A DNA stretch of 28,745 nt. Source: a virus (Duplodnaviria; Caudoviricetes). The position numbers and the translations under genes were made by a program. Below the pieces are notes generated by a model. It searched no databases, was not told the origin of the DNA, and saw nothing but the letters and a program-made list of their open reading frames with translations. The stretch's first letter is position 1. The number at the start of each line of letters is the position of its first letter. Location of the stretch: IMG/VR virus record IMGVR_UViG_3300046779_001453, positions 1 through 28,745 of that record; one strand, given 5' to 3'. Shown piece after piece: positions 15,296-23,873 of the stretch.

Positions 15296-17291
15296 AACCG
15301 TAGTTGTGAATTTTGTTGGCCAAGATGACGTCACGCCAGCGGCGAAAAAAGCCGAGAGCGCCATCAAGGATGTGGGCAACGCCGCTGAGTCACAAGGCTC
15401 AAAGTTTGACGGCATGAAAGAGATTGCCCGAGGCGCCTTGCAGAGCATTGGCGAGGGTGCTATCGGCCTTGCTGGGCAACTTGGCTCGGCAGTGATCGGC
15501 GGTATCACGTCGTTTGTCACCGATGGCATCAGCGAGGCGGCAGGGTGGCAAAGTGCGTTTGCGCAGACCGAAGCGGTGGTCGCATCGACGGGTCAAGCGG
15601 CAGGGTACAGCGCCGAGCAGATGGCAGAGCTTGCCACCTCGATGTCAGCGACTGAGGGCATGTCGCTCTTTACCGATGATCAAGTGCTTGGTGCAACCAA
15701 CGTTTTGGCGACGTTCACCAAAGTGGCTGGTGAGCAATTCGAGGGCGCTACCCAGGCATCAATCGACATGGCGCAGGCGCTGGGTATGGATGTGAGCAGC
15801 GCCGCCATGATGATGGGTAAGGCTTTGAACGACCCTGTCAAGGGTATGTCGGCGCTGTCCCGATCCGGCGTGAGCTTTACCGATGAGCAGAAAAAGATGG
15901 TTGAGAAGATGGTTGAAGTTGGCGACGTCGCCGGTGCGCAAAATCTCATTTTAAAGGAGATGGAAGTGCAATTCGGTGGTAGTGCGCTCGCAGCAACGGA
16001 AACCTTCGCAGGTGCGCAGGTGCTGATGGCCGAGCAGATGAACGGCGCCAAAGAGGCGATCGGCACGGCGCTTTTGCCAATCCTCACACGCCTCAGCAAT
16101 GTGATGATGTCGCACGTGATACCGATTGTGCAAAACCTTGCCGAGCGCTTCGCTGCATTCATTACCGGACTCGATTGGACGCTGATTATCAGCACCATTT
16201 CAACGCTGATTGCCAACTTCACAAGCTTCGGGAGCACGGTGCCGTGGGATGCCATCACTGGCGGATTCAACGCGGTGATTGCCGCCGTCATGACCGCACA
16301 GCCACTGCTTGACGCCATCGCCGGTTACGTCGTTAGCCTCTTTGCTGCGTTTACTGGCCCCGAAGCACAGGGCGCCGCTTCAGGCCTTGCCGGCGTCATT
16401 GATATGATTATCGGCATCTTGGGCGGACTATGGTCAACGATACAATCGACGCTTACGGCAGTGATTAACACCCTTGCGCCGATCGTCGCTGAGATTGTGC
16501 GCTTTGCGATGGAGATTGTCAGCGCCATCACCACGACACTGCAGAGTCCGGAAGTGCAAAACGCTTTTGCACAGTTTCAAGTGCTGTTTGCCACCGTCGG
16601 CGTCGTGATTAAAGAGCTCGCCGAGGTTATCGGCGCTGTGCTGGTCTTTGCGCTTGATGGACTGAAAGTCGCCTTTGACTTTTTGTGGCCAGTCATCGAC
16701 TATGTCTTTAAGCAACTCATGAATGCAGTTAGCTTCGTGATTCCCATCGTGACGGGTCTGCTGAATAGCGTAATCATGGTGCTCAACGGTGATTTCACCG
16801 GCGCATGGAGCAATTTGAAAACCGTCATCAGCGGTGCATGGACAGCGATACAGAGCGCCGTGCAGACTGGCATTGATGCAGTCAAGGGCAAGCTCAAGGA
16901 GTGGACGGACGGCGCATCAAGCTTTGGTAGTGACCTCATCGCTGGCATCGCCAAGGGTATTACAGCTGGCGCTGGCAAGATTGCCGATGCGGCGAAGAAT
17001 GCGGCTACATCAGCACTCGATGCGGCAAAAAAGTTACTCGGCATTTCGTCACCATCAAAGCTTTTTGCGGACAGCGTCGGTCTTCCCATTAGCCAAGGCA
17101 TTGCCGCTGGCATCGCCAAGGGCGCACCGGAAATCAACGGCGCACTCAGCACGACGATGGGTGGTGCGGCGGCGGGCACACAGCAGACGGTGCAGAACTA
17201 CTACCTATCAGCGACGTACAACACGAGGCAATCGGAATCAAGCATTATGGCAGATTTGCGGGCAATGCAATTACTAAGTGGGGCGGTGTAG
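15288..17291 (+). CDS. Tape measure protein
   Basis: 667 aa, Ala/Gly-rich and helical; GKALNDPVKGMSAL and LGISSPSKLF motifs. Confidence 0.92.
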   Translation: MAETVVVNFVGQDDVTPAAKKAESAIKDVGNAAESQGSKFDGMKEIARGALQSIGEGAIGLAGQLGSAVIGGITSFVTDGISEAAGWQSAFAQTEAVVASTGQAAGYSAEQMAELATSMSATEGMSLFTDDQVLGATNVLATFTKVAGEQFEGATQASIDMAQALGMDVSSAAMMMGKALNDPVKGMSALSRSGVSFTDEQKKMVEKMVEVGDVAGAQNLILKEMEVQFGGSALAATETFAGAQVLMAEQMNGAKEAIGTALLPILTRLSNVMMSHVIPIVQNLAERFAAFITGLDWTLIISTISTLIANFTSFGSTVPWDAITGGFNAVIAAVMTAQPLLDAIAGYVVSLFAAFTGPEAQGAASGLAGVIDMIIGILGGLWSTIQSTLTAVINTLAPIVAEIVRFAMEIVSAITTTLQSPEVQNAFAQFQVLFATVGVVIKELAEVIGAVLVFALDGLKVAFDFLWPVIDYVFKQLMNAVSFVIPIVTGLLNSVIMVLNGDFTGAWSNLKTVISGAWTAIQSAVQTGIDAVKGKLKEWTDGASSFGSDLIAGIAKGITAGAGKIADAAKNAATSALDAAKKLLGISSPSKLFADSVGLPISQGIAAGIAKGAPEINGALSTTMGGAAAGTQQTVQNYYLSATYNTRQSESSIMADLRAMQLLSGAV

Positions 17292-17292
17292 C

Positions 17293-18174
17293 ATGACATA
17301 TACCGATTTAGGTCGTAGTCTCGAGTATATCTCTGGTGGTGTGACATACCTCATCAATGGCACCGACACTACCACGGGGCTGACGTTTAGTTACCTTGGT
17401 GACCAAGGGTTTGGTCTTGCGCCCCTGCACCGCATCACCACACGCGGGCCATTACAGCAGGGAGACACCGATTTAGATTTTCGCCTCGATCCGCGCGTGA
17501 TGCAGCTTCCACTCGTGGTAGCGAACACGTCGCAAACGGCGCCCCGCTATCAGCACTATGAAATCCGCAATAAAATGCTTTCCATCTTTCGTCCACAAAC
17601 ATCAGCTATTCTTCGCTCACGCGTTTTTGCATCAAGTGGGACACTCGCGATTACCGATGAACGCAACATCGCCGTAAAGGTGCTGGGCGGACTCAGCTTC
17701 GATGTTGACCCAAACTCGTGGCATGTCCGCACGGTGGTGCAGTTGCGTGCAGATGACCCTACATGGTATGCAGGTGCCGAAATCACCGGCAACCGCTTTT
17801 CTATAAACTACCAAAACGCGCATATTAATGGTAGTCAAGTACTTGCCAATGCGGGTAACTGGCCGACGTATCCCATCATACGACTCAATGGCCCGATTAC
17901 CAATCCAACAATTACCAATGTGACGCATAATCGATATATATCAATTACTGCCACAATTGGCGCCGGTGCATACTACGACATCGACCTCGAGTACGGCAAA
18001 AAGACAGTATATGATAATACGGGCACTAATCGTATTGGCACTGTATCGGCGGCATCCAACCTCGCCACGTGGACACTGCAACCCGGTAATAACACAATTT
18101 CAATTACCGGCACTGGCACGACAGGCGCAACCAACGCCGTGTTTCAATACTACCACCGCTACACCGGCATATAG
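17293..18174 (+). CDS. Distal tail protein (Dit)
   Basis: Follows TMP; LRADDPTWY, NAGNWPTYPIIRLNGPITNP and LQPGNNTI motifs. Confidence 0.8.
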   Translation: MTYTDLGRSLEYISGGVTYLINGTDTTTGLTFSYLGDQGFGLAPLHRITTRGPLQQGDTDLDFRLDPRVMQLPLVVANTSQTAPRYQHYEIRNKMLSIFRPQTSAILRSRVFASSGTLAITDERNIAVKVLGGLSFDVDPNSWHVRTVVQLRADDPTWYAGAEITGNRFSINYQNAHINGSQVLANAGNWPTYPIIRLNGPITNPTITNVTHNRYISITATIGAGAYYDIDLEYGKKTVYDNTGTNRIGTVSAASNLATWTLQPGNNTISITGTGTTGATNAVFQYYHRYTGI

Positions 18175-18182
18175 GAGGTACC

Positions 18183-19277
18183 ATGGCACCACAGTATGTC
18201 GTCAGCCTCTACAATAGCAGTGGCGTGCTTCAGGAAATCAGCATTGATTACGCAGAGCTGTCTATCCGTCGCACGGTCAATGCGCCGGACATGGCGGTCG
18301 TGACGTGGGCGCGGACAAGCATTGTCACGATTGCCTACAACTCCATCATGACCATCACACGGAGCGATGAAGAAAACGGCATCAGCCCAGCGGTGGAGTT
18401 CAGCGGGCTTGTGCGTGCTATTAATCGCACCGTGGGAGAGATGACCACGATCACGCTGACGGCAGTGGGGTGGGAGGCGCTACTCGGCGACCGTGTCATC
18501 GCATGGAAGGCGAGCACGGCGAACCGCTCAAAATTCACCGCTGTCCCTGCTGAAACCATCATGAAAACGCTGTTTAACTACAACCTCGGTTCACTGGCCA
18601 CGACAGCGAACGGCCGTGCGAAGAGCGGTGTGCTCACCGGTGCATCAACCACAGCATCTGCAGGTACTGGCACCGTGCTGACGGTGGACTGTGCATATAA
18701 GAATCTGCTCGAGACGATGCAAGAGGTTGCTGAGGATGGTGGTGGTGATTTCAGCATCACCTACACCGCTCCAGCAACGTGGAGCTTTGCGTGGCACCTT
18801 GGCCAGCTGGGGACGAACCGCACAGCAACCGTGCGCCTATCGGTGGCACTCGGCACCGTGGCGGATTTTGTCAATAACCTTGACCGCATCCAAGATTTCA
18901 CCGCCGTCATCATCGCTGGGCAAGGCGAGGCAAAGGCACGTCGTGTCGACGCAGCGCCCACGTCGGCGTATCCAACGGGGCTCGCACTGCGAGAAAGTTT
19001 TGTTGATTTCAAGGCGGCACGCAAAGCGACGGCATCGATGCTTCAGTCATACGGCACCATTTTGCTTGATGCGCAAAAGCTCAAGCGCCAGCGCATCAGT
19101 GTATCGCTGATGCAAAACGCTGCATTGCGCTACGGTCGCGATTATTTCCTGGGCGACTTGGTGACCGTGCTCGACAACACCACGCCGATCACGCAGAAGG
19201 TAGACGGCGTGGAAATGCAATTTACGCCTGATGGACAGGAGCTCATCAATGTCATCCTCAACTATCCTTACGAATAA
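18183..19277 (+). CDS. Baseplate hub/minor tail protein (Sipho Gp37-like)
   Basis: AGQGE...R and YGRDYFLGDLVTV motifs; follows Dit. Confidence 0.8.
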   Translation: MAPQYVVSLYNSSGVLQEISIDYAELSIRRTVNAPDMAVVTWARTSIVTIAYNSIMTITRSDEENGISPAVEFSGLVRAINRTVGEMTTITLTAVGWEALLGDRVIAWKASTANRSKFTAVPAETIMKTLFNYNLGSLATTANGRAKSGVLTGASTTASAGTGTVLTVDCAYKNLLETMQEVAEDGGGDFSITYTAPATWSFAWHLGQLGTNRTATVRLSVALGTVADFVNNLDRIQDFTAVIIAGQGEAKARRVDAAPTSAYPTGLALRESFVDFKAARKATASMLQSYGTILLDAQKLKRQRISVSLMQNAALRYGRDYFLGDLVTVLDNTTPITQKVDGVEMQFTPDGQELINVILNYPYE

Positions 19278-19746
19278 AATTGTTGATGTGTCGTCGCGCC
19301 TCGGCATCATCGAATCAAGCGAAACCATTGGCGCGGTGCTGACGTTGACGCGCACCGCAGTGCAGGCGATTACCACGGCAGGCACCACCATCACGTGGCA
19401 AAGTGAGACACGAGGTTATCAAATTACGTGGTCGGGCACTGACATTACGATACCCGCTGATGGGTGGTATCACCTCAGCTTGTCCATCACGGTCAGCGTG
19501 AATCTCAATAATTGCCTTGCCGTGCTACAGGTCAATGGCACCAACGTAGTTTCAACAAACTTCTTCGGCGACGTTGACCGCGCCATTAACAGCGTGACAT
19601 TCCTGCGCTACTTTTCAGAAAACGACGTGGTGCGCGTGGTGCTGTTTCCATCAGCGAACTGCAATCTTAATGTCGTGGCTGAAAATGCCGTTGGCGAATC
19701 CCCCATCCTCAACATCGTTCAATTGAGCGGAGGAGCTGATGTTTAA
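19249..19746 (+). CDS. Putative tail-tip/receptor-binding protein (C1q/BclA-like beta domain)
   Basis: ITIPADGWYHLS pattern; AGGAG SD before ATG 19249. Confidence 0.55.
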   Translation: MSSSTILTNKIVDVSSRLGIIESSETIGAVLTLTRTAVQAITTAGTTITWQSETRGYQITWSGTDITIPADGWYHLSLSITVSVNLNNCLAVLQVNGTNVVSTNFFGDVDRAINSVTFLRYFSENDVVRVVLFPSANCNLNVVAENAVGESPILNIVQLSGGADV

Positions 19747-20029
19747 AATCTATGTACCTGAAGAGCTGCGCTTTTTCTATGCTGATGAACTGGGCGACAG
19801 CTACGATGCGCCGAGTGGCGACGTGGTCGAGGCGCCGTACACCGAAGCCGAGGCGCTTCGTTGGGTGCGCCAGCTTCGCACCGATCGGCTGTATAACTGT
19901 GACTGGACACAACTACCCGATGCCCCGCTGAGTGACGCGGAGCGGGTGCAGTGGCGACAGTATCGTCAAGCGCTGCGGGATATGATGGATGATTTTCAGT
20001 GGGGCGTGACAACATGGCCAACGCTGTGA
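19739..20029 (+). CDS. Tail fibre assembly chaperone-like protein
   Basis: CDWTQLPDAPLSD...WRQYRQALRD...WP motif. Confidence 0.8.
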   Translation: MFKIYVPEELRFFYADELGDSYDAPSGDVVEAPYTEAEALRWVRQLRTDRLYNCDWTQLPDAPLSDAERVQWRQYRQALRDMMDDFQWGVTTWPTL

Positions 20030-20035
20030 TATAAT
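20006..20035 (+). promoter_or_regulatory. Sigma70-type promoter with extended -10
   Basis: GTGACA-N18-TATAAT with TGn immediately upstream of the -10. Confidence 0.55.
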
Positions 20036-20086
20036 GATGACGTTGCTAGTCCCATAGTGACAATGCTCTGGCTCTACACACACCTC

Positions 20087-20131
20087 ACACCGCACCCACT
20101 GAGTCGCTCGCTCGGTGGGTGCGGTGTTTTT
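20087..20131 (+). terminator. Intrinsic terminator (end of the late operon / sRNA-A)
   Basis: 17-bp stem ACACCGCACCCACTGAG/CTCGGTGGGTGCGGTGT followed by a T tract. Confidence 0.8.
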
Positions 20132-20139
20132 GGCGTCGT

Positions 20140-20185
20140 AAAAACACCGAGACCCCTCGCCCTCGTGTCTTAGGCTGGGGTCTCG
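20140..20185 (-). terminator. Minus-strand intrinsic terminator
   Basis: CGAGACCCC/GGGGTCTCG stem followed on the minus strand by GTGTTTTT. Confidence 0.55.
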
Positions 20186-20215
20186 ATGTACGCTGTTCAG
20201 TTATAGAACACTCTG

Positions 20216-20224
20216 ATTATAGCA
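20216..20224 (-). promoter_or_regulatory. Minus-strand extended -10 promoter
   Basis: Reverse complement reads TGCTATAAT. Confidence 0.5.
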
Positions 20225-20270
20225 GATTTTGCGAGTTTTGAAATTGATGCAAAATTGGCCTGATTTTGTA

Positions 20271-20299
20271 TTGACAATGTATAGCAGATGCTATATACT
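20271..20299 (+). promoter_or_regulatory. Near-consensus sigma70 early promoter with a palindromic operator
   Basis: TTGACA-N17-TATACT; TATAGCA-GA-TGCTATA palindrome at 20280-20295. Confidence 0.85.
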
Positions 20300-20340
20300 A
20301 GGTACATAGGGTTCGATAGACGATACGAAGGAGAGAGACG

Positions 20341-20742
20341 ATGAGCAAGCAGTTTTCAGAGATGACGTTGGTCGAGTTGCGCGAGTACGCCGAGATGGTG
20401 CAGGCCGAGTACGATGCTGGTGAGCTCGAGGGGCCAAGCGGCCGTCAGATTGTCCGCGATGCGTGGGCACGCGTTGAGGAGGCCGAGGCAGTGGTTGATG
20501 CGGTGGTCGAGGCTCCAGCCACCTACACCTGGGACGACACCCCACCAAGCGCCAAAGAGATCGCATGGGAGCGCTTTTGCCGCCTTGTTGCAATCAGCGA
20601 TGCACTGCACGCCCGCATCGTGGCGCTCGACATCCGCACCGACGACTACTTCGACAAGGTGATTCACCTCGGCAACCGTGCACTCCGCATCAGCCAAGAG
20701 GGCGCCCGCATTGAGCGTGAGTACGGTTTTACGATTCGCTAG
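20341..20742 (+). CDS. Hypothetical early protein
   Basis: AAGGAG SD; first gene after the strong promoter. Confidence 0.8.
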   Translation: MSKQFSEMTLVELREYAEMVQAEYDAGELEGPSGRQIVRDAWARVEEAEAVVDAVVEAPATYTWDDTPPSAKEIAWERFCRLVAISDALHARIVALDIRTDDYFDKVIHLGNRALRISQEGARIEREYGFTIR

Positions 20743-20801
20743 TCACACCGACCGCACACCGCTCGACATGATCGGGCGGTGTGCATCGCACAGGAGACAC
20801 C

Positions 20802-20987
20802 ATGAAAGAGACCAAGAACAAGGCGGTCATCGTACGGATTGACCCAGTGACCGCCAAAGCGATCGAGACATTAATCGAGCGATGGAAGTGCGAAGACCCA
20901 GATATCAAGCTGTCCAACGTCGTCCGACGCGCGATTGTGTACACCGAGCGGGCAACGCGCCCCGGCAGCAGAGAAGGAGTAGAGTGA
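20802..20987 (+). CDS. Ribbon-helix-helix DNA-binding protein
   Basis: AVIVRID beta strand + helix + LSNVVRRAI; AGGAG SD. Confidence 0.65.
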   Translation: MKETKNKAVIVRIDPVTAKAIETLIERWKCEDPDIKLSNVVRRAIVYTERATRPGSREGVE

Positions 20988-21292
20988 TGAGCAAGTTACG
21001 ATGGGACCAAGCCGTACCGAGTGAAGAGCAGGTAGAGACCGCAGAGCCGTACGTGCTGATGCGCCGAGTCATCGGCGACGTAGAGCGACCACGCCTCGTC
21101 TATGTGGCGTCATGGCTGGAGGGCGATGATCGGCGGAGCGTGACGCTGTGGTGTGAGCGTACCAATGTGTGGGCGGTCATCTGCACATCGACGCGCTACG
21201 GCACAACGTCGACCTGGGGCAGTGAGGAGCGGTGCATGGACGTTGCCGGACGCTGGGCTGGATGGCGTGGGATTACGAAGGAGGTGCTGTGA
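20987..21292 (+). CDS. Hypothetical protein
   Basis: AAGGAG SD; TGATG coupling. Confidence 0.7.
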   Translation: MSKLRWDQAVPSEEQVETAEPYVLMRRVIGDVERPRLVYVASWLEGDDRRSVTLWCERTNVWAVICTSTRYGTTSTWGSEERCMDVAGRWAGWRGITKEVL

Positions 21293-21393
21293 TGTACGAC
21301 TATAGCGAATTTTGGGTGTACCTTGGTGGCACGATTGTCTGGGCACTGACCACATGGCTGTACGTGGTGATTAAGGCGAAGTTCACCAAGTAG
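21292..21393 (+). CDS. 33-aa single-TM membrane peptide (not in ORF track)
   Basis: GGAGG SD; MYDYSEFWVYLGGTIVWALTTWLYVVIKAKFTK. Confidence 0.65.
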   Translation: MYDYSEFWVYLGGTIVWALTTWLYVVIKAKFTK

Positions 21394-21396
21394 CGA

Positions 21397-21463
21397 CGAC
21401 GAAACAGCGTGCGGTCTCCGGGTCGCACACTGTCTGCCGGTAAGGTCCGGCACTGATGAGTCG
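21397..21463 (+). ncRNA. Type II hammerhead ribozyme
   Basis: CGAC-GAAA-stem III-GTC-stem I (TGCCGG/CCGGCA)-CTGATGA-GTCG; intact core; predicted cut after C21434. Confidence 0.9.
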
Positions 21464-21475
21464 AGGAGTGAGACG

Positions 21476-21655
21476 ATGAAGACACGGCTTTTGAAGAGCG
21501 GGCGCAACTTCCCCGCAAAGCTCGCATGGTGGATCTGGTTGACGGAGGGCGGTAAGTTTCTGGTGGACATTACCCAGCGTGGTCGCCACATCAGCCTCAC
21601 AGCGGCCACACTGCAGGGTGCGGAGTTGCTGGTGAAGGAGCACAGCGATGACTAA
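21476..21655 (+). CDS. 59-aa hypothetical protein (not in ORF track)
   Basis: AGGAG SD at 21464-21468; MKTRLLKSGRNFPAKLAWW... Confidence 0.7.
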   Translation: MKTRLLKSGRNFPAKLAWWIWLTEGGKFLVDITQRGRHISLTAATLQGAELLVKEHSDD

Positions 21656-21914
21656 TGCGCTTTACTACCGCACGACGGTGTACGACACGCAGATGGTGCG
21701 CGTCGGTGTCCGTATGACGGTGACGCAGTCCGCGAACCTTGTGGAGCGTCTCTCCAAGTACGGCATCGATTGGGTGATTGAGGAAGCGTGGGTGCAGCCG
21801 ATTCCGCATGAGCTGTGCGACTACACGCCAGCCGAGCCGATCGAGCGTGAATACAAGCTCAAAGCACTGCGGATTTTGACGAGCATGGTAGAGAAGGGGA
21901 TGAGCAATGAGTAG
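21648..21914 (+). CDS. Hypothetical protein
   Basis: AAGGAG SD; overlaps both neighbouring genes. Confidence 0.7.
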   Translation: MTNALYYRTTVYDTQMVRVGVRMTVTQSANLVERLSKYGIDWVIEEAWVQPIPHELCDYTPAEPIEREYKLKALRILTSMVEKGMSNE

Positions 21915-22239
21915 CGACATGATGACGGAGTTGGCAGCGCTGATGCGCGACCTCGGCGAAATCGACAGCGAGGTCAAGGCCATTGAGTACACACGGGATG
22001 CAAAGCGCGAGCGCATCGAGGAGATTGTTCGGGCGATGGGTGGCAAGGTCGAGGTGATGGGTATCGGCACTGCGATGGTGACGCCAGACAGTGAGAGCCA
22101 CAGCTACGACACCAAGGCACTCGATGCCATGATTCAGGTGATGATTGAGGACGGCGAGCTCTACACCGCCAAGCGCATCATGGGGACAAAGAAAACGTCG
22201 AAGCGCAAAGGGTCGCTTCGCATTACGCTGGCAAAGTGA
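21907..22239 (+). CDS. Coiled-coil hypothetical protein
   Basis: N-terminal coiled coil and basic C-terminus; possibly recombination-associated. Confidence 0.65.
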   Translation: MSSDMMTELAALMRDLGEIDSEVKAIEYTRDAKRERIEEIVRAMGGKVEVMGIGTAMVTPDSESHSYDTKALDAMIQVMIEDGELYTAKRIMGTKKTSKRKGSLRITLAK

Positions 22240-22246
22240 GGGTGAG

Positions 22247-22432
22247 ATGGCAGAACTAATCGCAGTGTTGCTCTTGGGTGCGGGCATAGTGATCACGCTG
22301 ATGGTGGTCTGGCACCGTGAGAGTCAGCGCCAAGCGTGGTGGCACCATGAGTGTATGACGGACGCACGACAGGAAGGTTACGCAGAGGGCTGGGATGCGG
22401 CGGTGGAGTTTATGAAAGGCGGGCAGAAGTGA
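22247..22432 (+). CDS. Small membrane protein
   Basis: N-terminal TM helix; EGYAEGWDAA motif. Confidence 0.6.
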   Translation: MAELIAVLLLGAGIVITLMVVWHRESQRQAWWHHECMTDARQEGYAEGWDAAVEFMKGGQK

Positions 22433-22728
22433 AGCTGACATATCAGGAGGTTGAGTACACCGATAAGGTTTCGAAGAGTCTAGTTTTACAGCAACTCCAG
22501 CGCGCGGTTGGTGGTGAGCGGCTGTGGTGCGTGACGATAAAATGCGATGATCCGATTGTGATGTGTGAAGATGGTGATTTGTCGCGAGCATGGGGCTGCA
22601 CGCCGGAGCACGCAAAGCAAAAGCTGATAACGGACATCACGATTGGCCGTGATATTCATGCAAAAACGATGCGCGCATACGATAGGGCGTTGAAGTTAGT
22701 TAATGAGCAAAAAGGAGCAGAGCGATGA
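22429..22728 (+). CDS. Hypothetical protein
   Basis: GTGA/ATGA coupling with both neighbours. Confidence 0.6.
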   Translation: MKLTYQEVEYTDKVSKSLVLQQLQRAVGGERLWCVTIKCDDPIVMCEDGDLSRAWGCTPEHAKQKLITDITIGRDIHAKTMRAYDRALKLVNEQKGAER

Positions 22729-23591
22729 GTAACGATTTTGATTTCGGGCTTGCTGGCTACACGCCAGAGGATGAGGGCAGCGAGTACACCTATGCATCAG
22801 CATATTGGCTGAGCACCACCCGACGCCCAGCCGCCGACGTTGGCGCATGGCACACGGCATCATTCGAGACGATGCCAGCACCGTGGGTCAAGGTGGAGCG
22901 GTTCGATGGCGAGGTTGGCCACGAGGCCAACGACATCGAGATGGTGCCGATTCGGCGCCGAGAGTTTTGGGTGATGAATTGCACCGACGACCTTTCGCGC
23001 TACATCCCGCACTACCTCGATGCGATCAGCGGCAAAACATTTTTGACCCAACGAGGCTTTGACCCAAGTCTGTACCGCAGTGTACGAAGCACGGTGCAGG
23101 TGCTGGCGATGGTAAAGGGCCTTGATGAGCCCATTGTCCTGCAAGCCAAGGGCATGGTTGGTAGCCACTTGTTCCGTCGCCCAACACGCCGCTCACCGGG
23201 TGGCATCGTGTATCAGTACGTCAACGCTGCCCTCGGCATCGCCAAGGCGACATCGACGTCAGCGATTCCGCACTACTCGTTCTGGGTTGGCATCAAGGCA
23301 CCACGCGATGCTAAGGGCCGGATTAAGACCACGGAGGTGGGCAGTGGGTCGAGCAAGGCGTACGTGGTGATGCCGGAGTTGATTGAGAACGTTGATGGTA
23401 TGACGCGTGCTGACATTGTCAAGACCTTCGTTGGGCGCGATAAGCAAGAGCTCTTTCAGGCGGTGTATGAGGAGTCCAAAGCGTGGTCAGAGGAAGTGCG
23501 CGATGACTTTGCCACGGCGCCGACATCAGCGCCGACGCCAGCGGTGCGCAATGCGCCGGAGCCGATAGAGGATGATGCATCGCCGTTCTAA
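22725..23591 (+). CDS. Hypothetical protein, possible ssDNA-binding protein
   Basis: 288 aa; Pro/Ala linker and acidic-aromatic tail EDDASPF; near the primase gene. Confidence 0.55.
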   Translation: MSNDFDFGLAGYTPEDEGSEYTYASAYWLSTTRRPAADVGAWHTASFETMPAPWVKVERFDGEVGHEANDIEMVPIRRREFWVMNCTDDLSRYIPHYLDAISGKTFLTQRGFDPSLYRSVRSTVQVLAMVKGLDEPIVLQAKGMVGSHLFRRPTRRSPGGIVYQYVNAALGIAKATSTSAIPHYSFWVGIKAPRDAKGRIKTTEVGSGSSKAYVVMPELIENVDGMTRADIVKTFVGRDKQELFQAVYEESKAWSEEVRDDFATAPTSAPTPAVRNAPEPIEDDASPF

Positions 23592-23600
23592 GCGCTGATG

Positions 23601-23635
23601 ACAGCCCCGCTCGAGCGATGATCGGGCGGGGTTGT
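23601..23635 (+). terminator. Hairpin/putative terminator
   Basis: ACAGCCCCGCTCGA/TCGGGCGGGGTTGT stem; weak U tract. Confidence 0.55.
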
Positions 23636-23654
23636 ATCATTCCTAGTGATGGTA

Positions 23655-23663
23655 TGATATAAT
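23655..23663 (+). promoter_or_regulatory. Extended -10 promoter of the RHH-primase operon
   Basis: TGATATAAT upstream of a GGAGG SD. Confidence 0.65.
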
Positions 23664-23687
23664 AGGAATTATTCATACGGAGGGCAT

Positions 23688-23873
23688 ATGCCACGTTTAC
23701 GCAAAGACCAAGCCAGCGTCAACCACAAAGACCGCTTGACGATTCTGGCACCGGTCGACATCATTGAGGCGCTCAACCGCATGGCCGACGCCAAGGGCAT
23801 CAGCCGTAATGCGCTGATTTGCCAGATGCTCAGCAAAGCGACCAAGGCCAAGGCAAAGAAGGGAGTGGAGTGA
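23688..23873 (+). CDS. Ribbon-helix-helix (CopG/Arc-like) protein
   Basis: RLTILAP..IIEALNRMADAKGISRNALI. Confidence 0.75.
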   Translation: MPRLRKDQASVNHKDRLTILAPVDIIEALNRMADAKGISRNALICQMLSKATKAKAKKGVE

